A stretch of DNA of 40,841 nt. Origin: a virus (lineage: Duplodnaviria; Caudoviricetes). The notes under the pieces are model-generated. The model saw only the letters and a program-made list of their open reading frames with translations, had not been told where the DNA came from and did no database searches. Position 1 is the first letter of the stretch; each line of letters opens with the position of its first letter. The stretch lies in the IMG/VR virus record IMGVR_UViG_3300005261_000007, positions 1 through 40,841 of that record; one strand, given 5' to 3'. This document shows, piece by piece, positions 1 to 7,915 of this stretch. The translations under genes and the position numbers were made by a program.

Positions 1-60
1 CGGTAGAGCGCCGGACTGTTAATCCGTAGGTCCCTGGTTCGAGCCCAGGTCGGGGAGCCA
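1..60 (+). tRNA. trnN: tRNA-Asn(GTT), 5' end outside the window; integration target
   Basis: D-arm remnant GGTAGAGC, anticodon loop CTGTTAA (16-22, GTT at 18-20), T-arm CCTGG-TTCGAGC-CCAGG, acceptor strand CGGGGA followed by G-CCA ending at 60. Confidence 0.95.
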
Positions 61-61
61 A
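13..61 (+). repeat. attL common segment (49 bp)
   Basis: GGACTGTTAATCCGTAGGTCCCTGGTTCGAGCCCAGGTCGGGGAGCCAA, identical to 40780-40828. Confidence 0.97.
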
Positions 62-108
62 ATTCTTCAGACACCACCAGCGAAGTGGATACTAACATGC
101 CGCTGGAG

Positions 109-132
109 TGTGTCCAAGAATGTGCCCAAAAG
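109..132 (+). promoter_or_regulatory. Putative integrase arm-type sites (2 x 12-bp period)
   Basis: TGTGTCCAAGAA TGTGCCCAAAAG; the same motif occurs three times at 40644-40679, on the other phage arm. Confidence 0.7.
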
Positions 133-136
133 TGAA

Positions 137-153
137 GTAAAACCTACCTATAG
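137..153 (+). promoter_or_regulatory. Phage RNAP promoter
   Basis: GTAAAACCTACCTATAG followed by GGG; 17-mer found six times at gene boundaries, ending TATAG like T7-family promoters. Confidence 0.85.
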
Positions 154-241
154 GGGTTATCTAAAGATGCCCCAGGTAAGATTCCTGATTGAAGATGACC
201 AAGTAAGATGTACTCCTAGAGGCATCTATAGATCATCTAAA

Positions 242-277
242 GACACCTGAAGATAACCTCTTCGGGTGTTTTCTTTT
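242..277 (+). terminator. Putative intrinsic terminator just inside attL
   Basis: Stem GACACCTGAAGA / TCTTCGGGTGTT followed by TTCTTTT. Confidence 0.7.
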
Positions 278-282
278 GCCAT

Positions 283-302
283 AATTTACACGATATCGGA
301 TA
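283..302 (+). promoter_or_regulatory. Operator-like site O1
   Basis: AATTTACACGATATCGGATA, abutting the TAAGGAG RBS; member of a six-site family with a CGATATCG palindromic core. Confidence 0.7.
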
Positions 303-313
303 AGGAGTAAGAC

Positions 314-580
314 ATGAAATTCCCTTTCAAGATTGTTCGGCAGAGTTCTGAAGATGAATTCCGTAAGCGCCTGGCTGACCTGGAGTTCAAAGTGATGATG
401 CTGGAGGGCTCAATGAACCTTCTTCGCCCCTCCAAGAGTCCCCGCCAGAACTACCAAAAGTTCCATGTGGTTACCATCATTGAACGCATCCTCTCCCACC
501 TTAGCCTGGACATTCAACAGGTCCCGGCGCAAGCGGCAACCATCACCCTGAAGGCTGTTGCTACTCCTTCTGACAAGTGA
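314..580 (+). CDS. Hypothetical protein (88 aa)
   Basis: ATG with TAAGGAG RBS at 301-307; no motif recognised. Confidence 0.7.
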   Translation: MKFPFKIVRQSSEDEFRKRLADLEFKVMMLEGSMNLLRPSKSPRQNYQKFHVVTIIERILSHLSLDIQQVPAQAATITLKAVATPSDK

Positions 581-743
581 TCTTCAGGGAACCCCTCTCG
601 GAGACTCCGCACTGGACAACCTCCCCGGTGAGTCTATCCAACCGAAGGATGCCTCCACCGTTTGCTTGTAGTTCGTAACGCCCGAACGCCCCAGCCACAA
701 CGATAGCGAAGGCAAGGGCTACCACAGCTACAGCATTCCACAT
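561..743 (-). CDS. Small membrane-anchored or exported protein, counter-oriented (60 aa)
   Basis: Fills the 580-769 gap; hydrophobic N-terminus (AVAVVALAFAIVVAGAF) and two Cys. Confidence 0.6.
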   Translation of the reverse strand: MWNAVAVVALAFAIVVAGAFGRYELQANGGGILRLDRLTGEVVQCGVSERGSLKITCQKE

Positions 744-768
744 CTAATTTCTCGCAAGGAAACAAACC

Positions 769-1467
769 ATGAACAGTATCACCAAAGACTTCAACGGCCT
801 GCCCATCGTGTTCCGCGAGGATGGCTACATAAGCGCTACCAAGGCGTCCCGCCAGTTCGGTAAGAGGGATGCGCGTAAGTTCTTCGAGAATAAGGAAACC
901 CAAGAGTATCTTGAAGTCCTTTCTAATCTGACCCAAATCCCGGTCAATATCCTCCGCCCCTCAACCAAAGGACGCAACGGTGGCACGTACCTCCACCCGA
1001 AAGTGGCTATTCGGTTCGCCCGCTGGTTGTCAGTGGAGTTTGAAGTGTGGTGCGACCTGATGATTGACAACATCCTGAAGGGCAACATCCAGACCTCTGT
1101 AGTAGTCCCTACCCAGGAGGCCATCGACGTTAATGCTGTGGTAGCACCCTTCAAGGCCCGCATCATGGAGCTGGAAGGTGAAGTGCAGCGGCTCCAGGAG
1201 AGTGGCCTTGCGGATGGAGAGGTGCCAAAGGGCTGGATGTCACAGTGGAACTTCCTGGAGGACCAAGGACACCAGATTCCATTCATCCGTGCCGCCAGTG
1301 CAGACTTCGGTACTCTTTGCTCCTCCGAGCATAAGAAGATGCACCTGGCCGTGGTCACCATCAAGGGCCGTGTAGGTAGCCGCGAGAAGGACACCAGCTA
1401 CTACCAACCGGACGCCCTGAAGGCTGCCTACCTGCGCCTCCTGAAGATGTACGAGCTGAACATCTAA
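769..1467 (+). CDS. KilA-N domain DNA-binding protein
   Basis: REDGYISATK...FGK...GGTYLHPKVAIRFARWLSVEFEVW is a typical KilA-N signature; coiled-coil follows; AAGGA RBS. Confidence 0.88.
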   Translation: MNSITKDFNGLPIVFREDGYISATKASRQFGKRDARKFFENKETQEYLEVLSNLTQIPVNILRPSTKGRNGGTYLHPKVAIRFARWLSVEFEVWCDLMIDNILKGNIQTSVVVPTQEAIDVNAVVAPFKARIMELEGEVQRLQESGLADGEVPKGWMSQWNFLEDQGHQIPFIRAASADFGTLCSSEHKKMHLAVVTIKGRVGSREKDTSYYQPDALKAAYLRLLKMYELNI

Positions 1468-1484
1468 GTAAAACCTACCTCTAG
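1468..1484 (+). promoter_or_regulatory. Phage RNAP promoter upstream of the RNAP gene
   Basis: GTAAAACCTACCTCTAG followed by CAAT, immediately after the KilA-N stop codon. Confidence 0.85.
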
Positions 1485-1496
1485 CAATTCCAGATT

Positions 1497-1533
1497 GGCC
1501 TCCCAGGTTTAACCGCCTGGTGGGCCTTCCTTT
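1497..1533 (+). terminator. Hairpin (terminator-like or RNase III-like)
   Basis: GGCCTCCCAGG...CCTGGTGGGCC followed by TTCCTTT. Confidence 0.45.
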
Positions 1534-1538
1534 GCCCA

Positions 1539-1558
1539 AATTCACACGATATCGGATA
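1539..1558 (+). promoter_or_regulatory. Operator-like site O2 over the RNAP translation-initiation region
   Basis: AATTCACACGATATCGGATA ending 4 bp before ATG 1563. Confidence 0.7.
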
Positions 1559-1562
1559 TCAA

Positions 1563-3989
1563 ATGGACACTAATCAAACAGTCCCGAGCGCAGACCGCAC
1601 CAAAGCCCAACTTGACCTTGAAGAGGAGTGCCTGGCCCTTGGCATCGAACGATACCGGGCCTCTATGGAAGCCGGGGAAGACACCTTAGTTCCCGGCCAG
1701 CGCCTCATCAAGGCAGCCGTGTTGCCTCTCTCCCAGGTCATCCAGGAGATGATTGAAGAGGCCCTAGCAGGTAAGGCTGGCCGCTCCGCTGGTATTGCCA
1801 AGTTCCTGGCGCAGTTTGAACCGGAACGAGCAGCCTTCATTACCGCCCGGCGGGTCATCCATTCGATAACCGACAAGATCATGCTTTCCACGGCAGCTAT
1901 TCAGGTATCCAACGCCCTGGAAGACTGCCTCAACTTTGACGCCCTGGAGGAGCAAGCCCCTAAGCTCTACAAGCAACTCCAGCGCAAGATTCAGAACAGT
2001 AACGACGAGGGCTACCGCCACATCGTAATGAAGCGCCAGCAGGAGTTCGCTGGTGTCGCCACCATCAAGTGGGGCATCACCGAGAAAACCCGCCTGGGCA
2101 CCACCCTGATCCAGCTAATGGCTGATTCCACGGGCCTCATTGAGATTGTTAAGGTGTCCCGTGGGCACAACGATAACCCCTTCATGGTTACCGCTTCGGC
2201 AAAGACCTTGATGTGGCTGGAGCAGGCTCACGCCCGGTGCGAACTGATGCAGCCCACCTTCATGCCTATGGTGTGTCGCCCTCGCCCCTGGACGGGTCCC
2301 TTTGGTGGCGGCTACCTGACCAAGGAGCTGCGCTTCCCGCTCATCAAGACCGGAAACAAGAACTACCTGGAGGAGCTGAAGAGTTGGGTTATGCCTGATG
2401 TCTATCGGGCCATCAACGCCCTCCAGGACACCGCATGGACCATCAACAAGGGCATCCTCCGGGTGTCCCGTGAGATTTGGGATGGCGGTGGCCGGGTGGG
2501 TAAGCTGCCTAGCCGGGAACCGATCCCGCTCCCTCCGAAGAACCACGACCCGGAAACCGAACCGGAGAAGCACAAGGCTTGGAAGCGGGCTGCCGCCCAG
2601 GTGTATGAAGAGAATATCCGACTGGTATCCAAGCGCCTTGGCGTAGCGACCAAGCTGCACCTGGCGGAGAAGATGGAGAAATACGAGCAGTTCCATTTCG
2701 TCCATGCCCTTGACTGGCGAGGCCGTGCCTACCCGGTGTCCTCCATGCTTAACCCCCAAGGGGATGACCTGGCGAAGGCCCTCCTGATGTTCTCTGAAGG
2801 GAAACCTTTGGGCGAGAACGGGGCAACCTGGCTGGCCGTTCATGGTGCTAACTGCTTCGGTGTCGATAAGGTCCCGTTCGGTGACCGCGTGAAGTGGGTG
2901 ATGGAACACCGGGAGCAAATCCTGGAGTGCGCCTTCAACCCCACGGACGGGACCCTCTTCTGGGCACAGGCAGACAGCCCCTACATGTTCCTGGCCTTCT
3001 GTTTCGAGTGGGCTGGCTACATCATGCAAGGACCGGCCTTCGTCAGCCACCTCCCGGTGTCCTGGGATGGCACCTGTAACGGCCTCCAGAACTTCTCCGC
3101 CATGCTGCGGGATGAAGTGGGCGGTAAGGCCGTTAATCTGGTCCCTTCAGATAAGCCTTCAGATGTCTATCGGGCTGTTGCTGAAGTTGCCCAGGTTGGT
3201 ATCGACATCGACGCCGAGAACGGGAATGAAGTAGCCAAACGCTGGGTGGGCCGGATGACCCGCAAGTGGTCCAAACGGAACACCATGACGGTCCCTTACG
3301 GGGTGTCCAAGTTCGGGATGCGTAACCAGCTCCGTGAAGAGTTCTCAAAGCTCCGCATGGAAGGTGACGAATCCGCCCCCGCACGGGAAACCGAGATGGA
3401 GGACGCTGCCTACATCGCTGAGAAGAACTATGAGGCCATCGGCCAGGTAGTCATCGCGGCACGGAGGGCAATGGACTGGCTCATGGAGGCCGCGAAGGTT
3501 GCCGCTTCAGATGGCCTTCCGGTGCGCTGGACGACTCCGAGCGGGCTTCTTGTACAGCAATCCTATCGGGTAGCTGAAGGGAAAGTGCTGGATTTCAATG
3601 TTGCAGGACGCCGCTACCAGCTAACCCTCAACATCACCGGCCACAAGATTGACAAACGAGCCCAGAAGAACGGCATCTCGCCGAACTTCATCCACTCGCT
3701 GGATGCGGCGCACATGATGCGTACCGTTAATTACTCGCTGGATGTTGGCCTTAGCTCCTTCTGCATGATCCACGACTCCTATGGGTCCCATGCTGCGGAC
3801 GCTGAAGAACTCTCCTATCATCTCCGCCGCGCCTTTGTGGATCAGTACAAGGGTGACGTACTGCGGGACTTCCGGGACCAACTAGCGGGGCAACTTCCGG
3901 AGGAACTGGCAGCCGAACTTCCACCCCTCCCACCGATGGGAACCTTGGACCTGGATCAAGTGATGCAGTCCGACTATTTCTTCGCCTAA
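1563..3989 (+). CDS. gp1: Single-subunit DNA-directed RNA polymerase (T7 gp1 homolog)
   Basis: 808 aa; DWRGRAY, motif A DGTCNGLQ, motif B RKWSKRNTMTVPYG, PNFIHSLDA, motif C IHDSY, C-terminal YFFA. Confidence 0.98.
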   Translation: MDTNQTVPSADRTKAQLDLEEECLALGIERYRASMEAGEDTLVPGQRLIKAAVLPLSQVIQEMIEEALAGKAGRSAGIAKFLAQFEPERAAFITARRVIHSITDKIMLSTAAIQVSNALEDCLNFDALEEQAPKLYKQLQRKIQNSNDEGYRHIVMKRQQEFAGVATIKWGITEKTRLGTTLIQLMADSTGLIEIVKVSRGHNDNPFMVTASAKTLMWLEQAHARCELMQPTFMPMVCRPRPWTGPFGGGYLTKELRFPLIKTGNKNYLEELKSWVMPDVYRAINALQDTAWTINKGILRVSREIWDGGGRVGKLPSREPIPLPPKNHDPETEPEKHKAWKRAAAQVYEENIRLVSKRLGVATKLHLAEKMEKYEQFHFVHALDWRGRAYPVSSMLNPQGDDLAKALLMFSEGKPLGENGATWLAVHGANCFGVDKVPFGDRVKWVMEHREQILECAFNPTDGTLFWAQADSPYMFLAFCFEWAGYIMQGPAFVSHLPVSWDGTCNGLQNFSAMLRDEVGGKAVNLVPSDKPSDVYRAVAEVAQVGIDIDAENGNEVAKRWVGRMTRKWSKRNTMTVPYGVSKFGMRNQLREEFSKLRMEGDESAPARETEMEDAAYIAEKNYEAIGQVVIAARRAMDWLMEAAKVAASDGLPVRWTTPSGLLVQQSYRVAEGKVLDFNVAGRRYQLTLNITGHKIDKRAQKNGISPNFIHSLDAAHMMRTVNYSLDVGLSSFCMIHDSYGSHAADAEELSYHLRRAFVDQYKGDVLRDFRDQLAGQLPEELAAELPPLPPMGTLDLDQVMQSDYFFA

Positions 3990-4008
3990 ATTCACCCGAT
4001 ATCGGGTA
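3989..4008 (+). promoter_or_regulatory. Operator-like site O3
   Basis: AATTCACCCGATATCGGGTA contains the perfect 14-bp palindrome ACCCGATATCGGGT, between the RNAP stop and the ligase RBS. Confidence 0.72.
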
Positions 4009-4025
4009 TCAGATAGGAGCAACAA

Positions 4026-4916
4026 ATGAGCAAGCAATTCAAGCCCATGCTGGCCGCTGAAGCAGACCTGGACAAGCTCCGCTTTCCCTTGATCGCCTCC
4101 CCAAAGCTCGATGGTGTCCGCGCCCTGGTGAAGGGTGGCGTGGTTCTCTCCCGGAGCCTCAAGCCGATCCCCAACAAGCACGTGCAGAAGCTCTTTGGGC
4201 GTCCCGAGCTGGAGGGCCTGGACGGGGAACTGATTGTGGGCTCCCCGACTGACAAGGACTGCTTCCAGAATACTTCAGGGGCCGTCCGGAGGTCTGAAGG
4301 GGAACCTGATGTCACCTTCTATGTGTTCGATGACCACAAGAAACCTGGCGGTTACGAGTGGCGGTGGGTAGGCGTAAAGCATTGGGGCAAGCCGAATACC
4401 CTTGTCCATGACATGCGGTATGTCCATACCCAGGAAGAACTCCTGAAGTACGAGCAGGAATGCCTCGATGGGGGCTACGAAGGGGTCATCCTCCGGGACC
4501 CTCAAGGCCCCTACAAGTTTGGCCGCTCGACAGCCAAGGAGGGCTACCTGCTGAAGCTCAAACGGTTCAAGGATAGCGAGGCCCGCGTCTTGGCTGTTGA
4601 GGAGCTAATGCACAACAACAACCCGGCTACCTGTAACGAGTGCGGGCATACAGAACGGTCCTCCCACAAGGCCAACTTGGTTCCTGCTGGGACGATGGGC
4701 CGGTTGTTCGTGGAGGACATCCACACGGGGCAACGCTTCTACATCGGAACGGGATTCACCAAGGAGCAGCGGGATTGGTGGTGGTCCATACGCCATGACT
4801 CCTACCCATACCTGAACATCGTCAAGTACAAGTTCTTCCCTGTAGGCGTCAAGGAGTTGCCCCGCCACCCGGTCTATCTGGGGCTCCGGGATGACTTCGA
4901 TATGGGAGGCGAGTGA
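4026..4916 (+). CDS. ATP-dependent DNA ligase
   Basis: KPMLA, motif I SPKLDGVR, LDGEL, FYVFD, YEGVILR, LLKLK, IGTGF, PRHPVY. Confidence 0.95.
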   Translation: MSKQFKPMLAAEADLDKLRFPLIASPKLDGVRALVKGGVVLSRSLKPIPNKHVQKLFGRPELEGLDGELIVGSPTDKDCFQNTSGAVRRSEGEPDVTFYVFDDHKKPGGYEWRWVGVKHWGKPNTLVHDMRYVHTQEELLKYEQECLDGGYEGVILRDPQGPYKFGRSTAKEGYLLKLKRFKDSEARVLAVEELMHNNNPATCNECGHTERSSHKANLVPAGTMGRLFVEDIHTGQRFYIGTGFTKEQRDWWWSIRHDSYPYLNIVKYKFFPVGVKELPRHPVYLGLRDDFDMGGE

Positions 4917-4978
4917 TGGATCTTATCACCGCCTACGTAATCGTCGCTGCCGTATTCCTCCTGACTTGGCGGATGTGA
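4916..4978 (+). CDS. Putative 20-aa hydrophobic micropeptide MDLITAYVIVAAVFLLTWRM
   Basis: TGATG stop/start overlaps at both ends; GGGAGG upstream. Confidence 0.5.
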   Translation: MDLITAYVIVAAVFLLTWRM

Positions 4979-5124
4979 TGTACCGCAACGCCATCCCCTA
5001 CAAGGACACATGGCTGGCTCCCGGCTCGGACGCCTTTCAGATGCACCAGGACCGCAAGTTCAAGGAACTGGACGAACACCTGAAGCGTACCGCCGAAGAG
5101 GAGCGGAAGAGGTCCGGTAAGTAA
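4978..5124 (+). CDS. Hypothetical protein (48 aa)
   Basis: ATG coupled to the upstream stop; ends at the phage promoter. Confidence 0.55.
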   Translation: MYRNAIPYKDTWLAPGSDAFQMHQDRKFKELDEHLKRTAEEERKRSGK

Positions 5125-5137
5125 AACCTACCTCTAG
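5121..5137 (+). promoter_or_regulatory. Phage RNAP promoter
   Basis: GTAAAACCTACCTCTAG followed by CAATA. Confidence 0.85.
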
Positions 5138-5168
5138 CAATAACAACTCAACCTCTTTCAAGGATCAC

Positions 5169-5432
5169 ATGAAATGCGCTGACCAACTCCCCTTTGTGGA
5201 GCCCCGCACGACTGTCCAGGCTGCCTACGGTGCCATCTCATCCCTCCAGGGTGAGCGGCCCGGTGTCCAGGTGGCTGCTGCTGCTGTGCTTCTTTACGTC
5301 CTGGCAGACGAACTCAAGCTGGACATCTCCCAGCTCATCAACCAGGCGTCCCGTATCGCAACCGACGACGACACGTATTTCCGCCGCGAGGTCAAGGCCC
5401 TCCGGGATTACGTTCAAGGAGAACTGAAGTGA
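5169..5432 (+). CDS. Hypothetical protein (87 aa)
   Basis: AAGGA RBS, helical composition, tiles with neighbours. Confidence 0.75.
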   Translation: MKCADQLPFVEPRTTVQAAYGAISSLQGERPGVQVAAAAVLLYVLADELKLDISQLINQASRIATDDDTYFRREVKALRDYVQGELK

Positions 5433-5632
5433 AAACAAAGTCCATCTCTACCCGAGGCATACACGCCAACGTGTTCTACCGCCGTGACAGAAGGGATAAC
5501 ACCTATGAGCTGTGTATGGGCAGCGCCCAGTTTGCAGACTCTCAATGGTTCGATGCTGGCGACCTTGAAGAGCTGTCAGAGCTGGCCCTGAAGCTGGCAC
5601 GCAAGCTGCGGCAGAAGGAATGCGAACTGTGA
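5429..5632 (+). CDS. Hypothetical protein (67 aa)
   Basis: GTGA overlap with the upstream gene; GGAG RBS. Confidence 0.65.
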   Translation: MKTKSISTRGIHANVFYRRDRRDNTYELCMGSAQFADSQWFDAGDLEELSELALKLARKLRQKECEL

Positions 5633-5775
5633 CCACTCTCGTAGAAGCCTCACTTCTCCGCCAGGCCCATGAATATTGGGACAACGGCGAGTACGTACCG
5701 CTTGACCTGTTCGCTGCAATGGCATCCGAAGGGCTAGATGTACCGGCCCTGGAAGCCCGCTTTATCCAGAACTAG
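5629..5775 (+). CDS. Hypothetical protein (48 aa, MTTLVEASLL...EARFIQN)
   Basis: GTGA overlap and AAGGA RBS; below the ORF-track cutoff. Confidence 0.6.
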   Translation: MTTLVEASLLRQAHEYWDNGEYVPLDLFAAMASEGLDVPALEARFIQN

Positions 5776-5792
5776 CAACACCTCTCAACTTT

Positions 5793-5838
5793 AGAAGCCC
5801 CTGGCAGATGTCCCTAGCGGATGTCTCCAGGGGCTTCT
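5793..5838 (+). promoter_or_regulatory. Putative RNase III processing hairpin
   Basis: Perfect 12-bp arms AGAAGCCCCTGG / CCAGGGGCTTCT, intergenic before the SSB RBS, as in T7-like phages. Confidence 0.55.
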
Positions 5839-5859
5839 TGCATTTTTAAGGAGCCATTT

Positions 5860-6561
5860 ATGGCCGACAAGAAAGCCCCCCTCATCAAGGTGATGACCAA
5901 AAAAGGTCCCGCCCGATTCCCCGCACTGACCAAGCCGGATACCAAATTCAATCCGGACGGTGAATACAAGGTTGGCGTCATCCTCTCCCAGGAAGATGCC
6001 CAGCCGATCATCGACAAGGCAACGGCAGAAGCCGAGAAGATTCTGGCCGAAACCAAGGAAGCCTTGCAGGAGTCCGTCAAGACCCTGAAGGGTGAAAAGC
6101 TGGTCAAGGCGAAGAAGGCCCTGGCCGAACTCGCAATGGGTGACATGCCGTTCAAGCCCGTCTATGACGACGATGGCAACGAGACTGGTGACTACGTACT
6201 GAACTTCAAGATGAAGGCCCAGCGCAAGGAAGCCAAGACCGGCAAGATTATCAAGATGCAGCCGAAGCTCTTTGACGCTGGCGGCAAGGAGATCAAGGGC
6301 GCGATTGACATCTGGGGCGGTTCCATCATCAAGGTATCCGGCTCCATCAATCCGTTCTACATCCCCGGTACGAATACCTGCGGCGTCGGCTTCCGCCTGG
6401 CTGCTGTGCAAGTCATCGAACTGCGCTCCGGTGGCGGTGGTGATGCGTCAAGCTACGGCTTCGGCAAAGAAGAAGGCTACGAGGCTGGTGACGATGACCA
6501 GTCCGGTGAGTCTGCTGGTGAGTCGGGTGATGACCTGGCTGATGAGGACGTTGAGTTCTAA
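5860..6561 (+). CDS. gp2.5: ssDNA-binding protein (T7 gp2.5 homolog)
   Basis: PALTKPD...GEYKV, FKMKA, IWGGS, RLAAVQVIEL, acidic tail ending in Phe (DEDVEF); TAAGGAG RBS. Confidence 0.93.
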   Translation: MADKKAPLIKVMTKKGPARFPALTKPDTKFNPDGEYKVGVILSQEDAQPIIDKATAEAEKILAETKEALQESVKTLKGEKLVKAKKALAELAMGDMPFKPVYDDDGNETGDYVLNFKMKAQRKEAKTGKIIKMQPKLFDAGGKEIKGAIDIWGGSIIKVSGSINPFYIPGTNTCGVGFRLAAVQVIELRSGGGGDASSYGFGKEEGYEAGDDDQSGESAGESGDDLADEDVEF

Positions 6562-6958
6562 ACCAGCCGTCCCCCGTGGAATCGTAGAAGGCTACCGCTC
6601 TGGTCTTGAGGAGAAGCTGGCCGCACAGCTCTCCCTGGCTGGGGTGGATGTCGCCTATGAATCCATGACCATCCCTTACGAGAAGCCCGCAAGTAAGCAC
6701 CGCTACACCCCGGACTTCCCGCTCCCCAACGGAATCATCATTGAATCCAAGGGGCGCTTCGTCACGGCAGACCGCGCCAAGCATCTGCTCATCAAGAAAC
6801 AACACCCACACCTCGATATTCGCTTCGTCTTCAGTTCATCGAAGGCCCGCATCTCCAAGACCAGCAAGACGACTTACGCCTCCTGGTGTGAGAAGTACGG
6901 CTTCAAGTACGCCGACAAGCTGATCCCCGAGGAGTGGCTACTGGAATCACCTAAATGA
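6542..6958 (+). CDS. gp3: Endonuclease I / Holliday junction resolvase (T7 gp3 homolog); start approximate
   Basis: YRSGLEEK, YTPDFPLPNGIIIESKGRF, DIRFVF, TTYASWCEKYGF. Confidence 0.95.
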   Translation: MRTLSSKPAVPRGIVEGYRSGLEEKLAAQLSLAGVDVAYESMTIPYEKPASKHRYTPDFPLPNGIIIESKGRFVTADRAKHLLIKKQHPHLDIRFVFSSSKARISKTSKTTYASWCEKYGFKYADKLIPEEWLLESPK

Positions 6959-7134
6959 AATACCTCATTGGCCCCGTGCTGGCCCTCCTGTTCTCCCTGT
7001 GCTTCTTCGCTGGTTGGGTTACGAACGTCATCTGGACCTTCCGCCAGGACAACGTTACGGATGTCCTCCTGGGAATCCTTGGTTGCATCCTCGCCCCTGT
7101 AGGTGCCCTGCATGGCATCTATACCTGGTTCTGA
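6955..7134 (+). CDS. Small two-TM membrane protein (59 aa)
   Basis: MKYLIGPVLALLFSLCFFAGW...LLGILGCILAPVGALHGIYTWF; ATGA and TGATG overlaps with both neighbours. Confidence 0.65.
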   Translation: MKYLIGPVLALLFSLCFFAGWVTNVIWTFRQDNVTDVLLGILGCILAPVGALHGIYTWF

Positions 7135-7589
7135 TGGCAGCCCTGAAGCTCAATCCGGAGGATGTCCGCTACTTCGTAGTCCATTGCTCCGCCACCCAGG
7201 CCAAGTCCGACATCGGCGTGAAGGAGATTACCCGGATGCACCGGGAGCGTGGCTTCCTGACCATCGGTTACCACTTCGTCATCCGCCGGAACGGCACCGT
7301 AGAAAAGGGCCGTGCCCTGGACGCTATCGGAGCCCATGCGGAGGGGTGGAACTCCCGCTCCCTTGGCATCTGCCTGGTCGGCGGCCTGGACTCCAACATG
7401 AAGCCGCTGGACAACTTCACGGCTGACCAATTCGCTTCCCTTGCGAGTCTCCTCCAGGAGCTTCGTCAGGAGTTCCCGAAGGCTTCCGTGCTGGGTCACC
7501 GCGACCTCCCGAACGTCAAGAAGGACTGCCCGTGCTTCGATGTCCGGAGCTGGGTCAAGGAGACTATTGATGATCCGAAGTTTGATTAA
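7134..7589 (+). CDS. gp3.5: N-acetylmuramoyl-L-alanine amidase / T7-type lysozyme
   Basis: VVHCSAT, IGYHFVIRRNGTVEKGR, GAHA, SLGICLVGG, GHRD, KDCPCFD (zinc ligands H, H, C). Confidence 0.95.
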   Translation: MAALKLNPEDVRYFVVHCSATQAKSDIGVKEITRMHRERGFLTIGYHFVIRRNGTVEKGRALDAIGAHAEGWNSRSLGICLVGGLDSNMKPLDNFTADQFASLASLLQELRQEFPKASVLGHRDLPNVKKDCPCFDVRSWVKETIDDPKFD

Positions 7590-7661
7590 CAAGGTCCGCC
7601 TCCGCATCGAAGAGGTGCTGGACATGATCCTGTGGTGGGACACGCCCCGAACAGGGGCGAA

Positions 7662-7678
7662 GTAAAACCTACCTCTAG
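7662..7678 (+). promoter_or_regulatory. Phage RNAP promoter
   Basis: GTAAAACCTACCTCTAG followed by CAATA. Confidence 0.85.
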
Positions 7679-7705
7679 CAATACCAAGTCCTCTTTAGGC
7701 GATTC

Positions 7706-7736
7706 GACCCGGCCCCGTGCTGGGTCTTTTACTTTT
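7706..7736 (+). terminator. Terminator-like hairpin
   Basis: GACCCGGC / GCTGGGTC followed by TTTTACTTTT. Confidence 0.6.
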
Positions 7737-7753
7737 CACTCAAGGAAACACAA

Positions 7754-7915
7754 ATGAACCGCAAGCAAAAACGTGATTGGCTCCGCGCATCCAAGGGCCT
7801 GGGCAACGATGTGGATTACACCAAGCAGGCATCCCGCCAGCACCGTAAGGCCATCTTCGGCGGCTCTCTTAGCTTCAGCCAGGGCCTCCGCAACCACTTC
7901 CAAGGACGCATCTAA
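7754..7915 (+). CDS. Small basic protein (53 aa)
   Basis: AAGGA RBS; MNRKQKRDWL...; TAATG overlap with the next gene. Confidence 0.65.
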   Translation: MNRKQKRDWLRASKGLGNDVDYTKQASRQHRKAIFGGSLSFSQGLRNHFQGRI

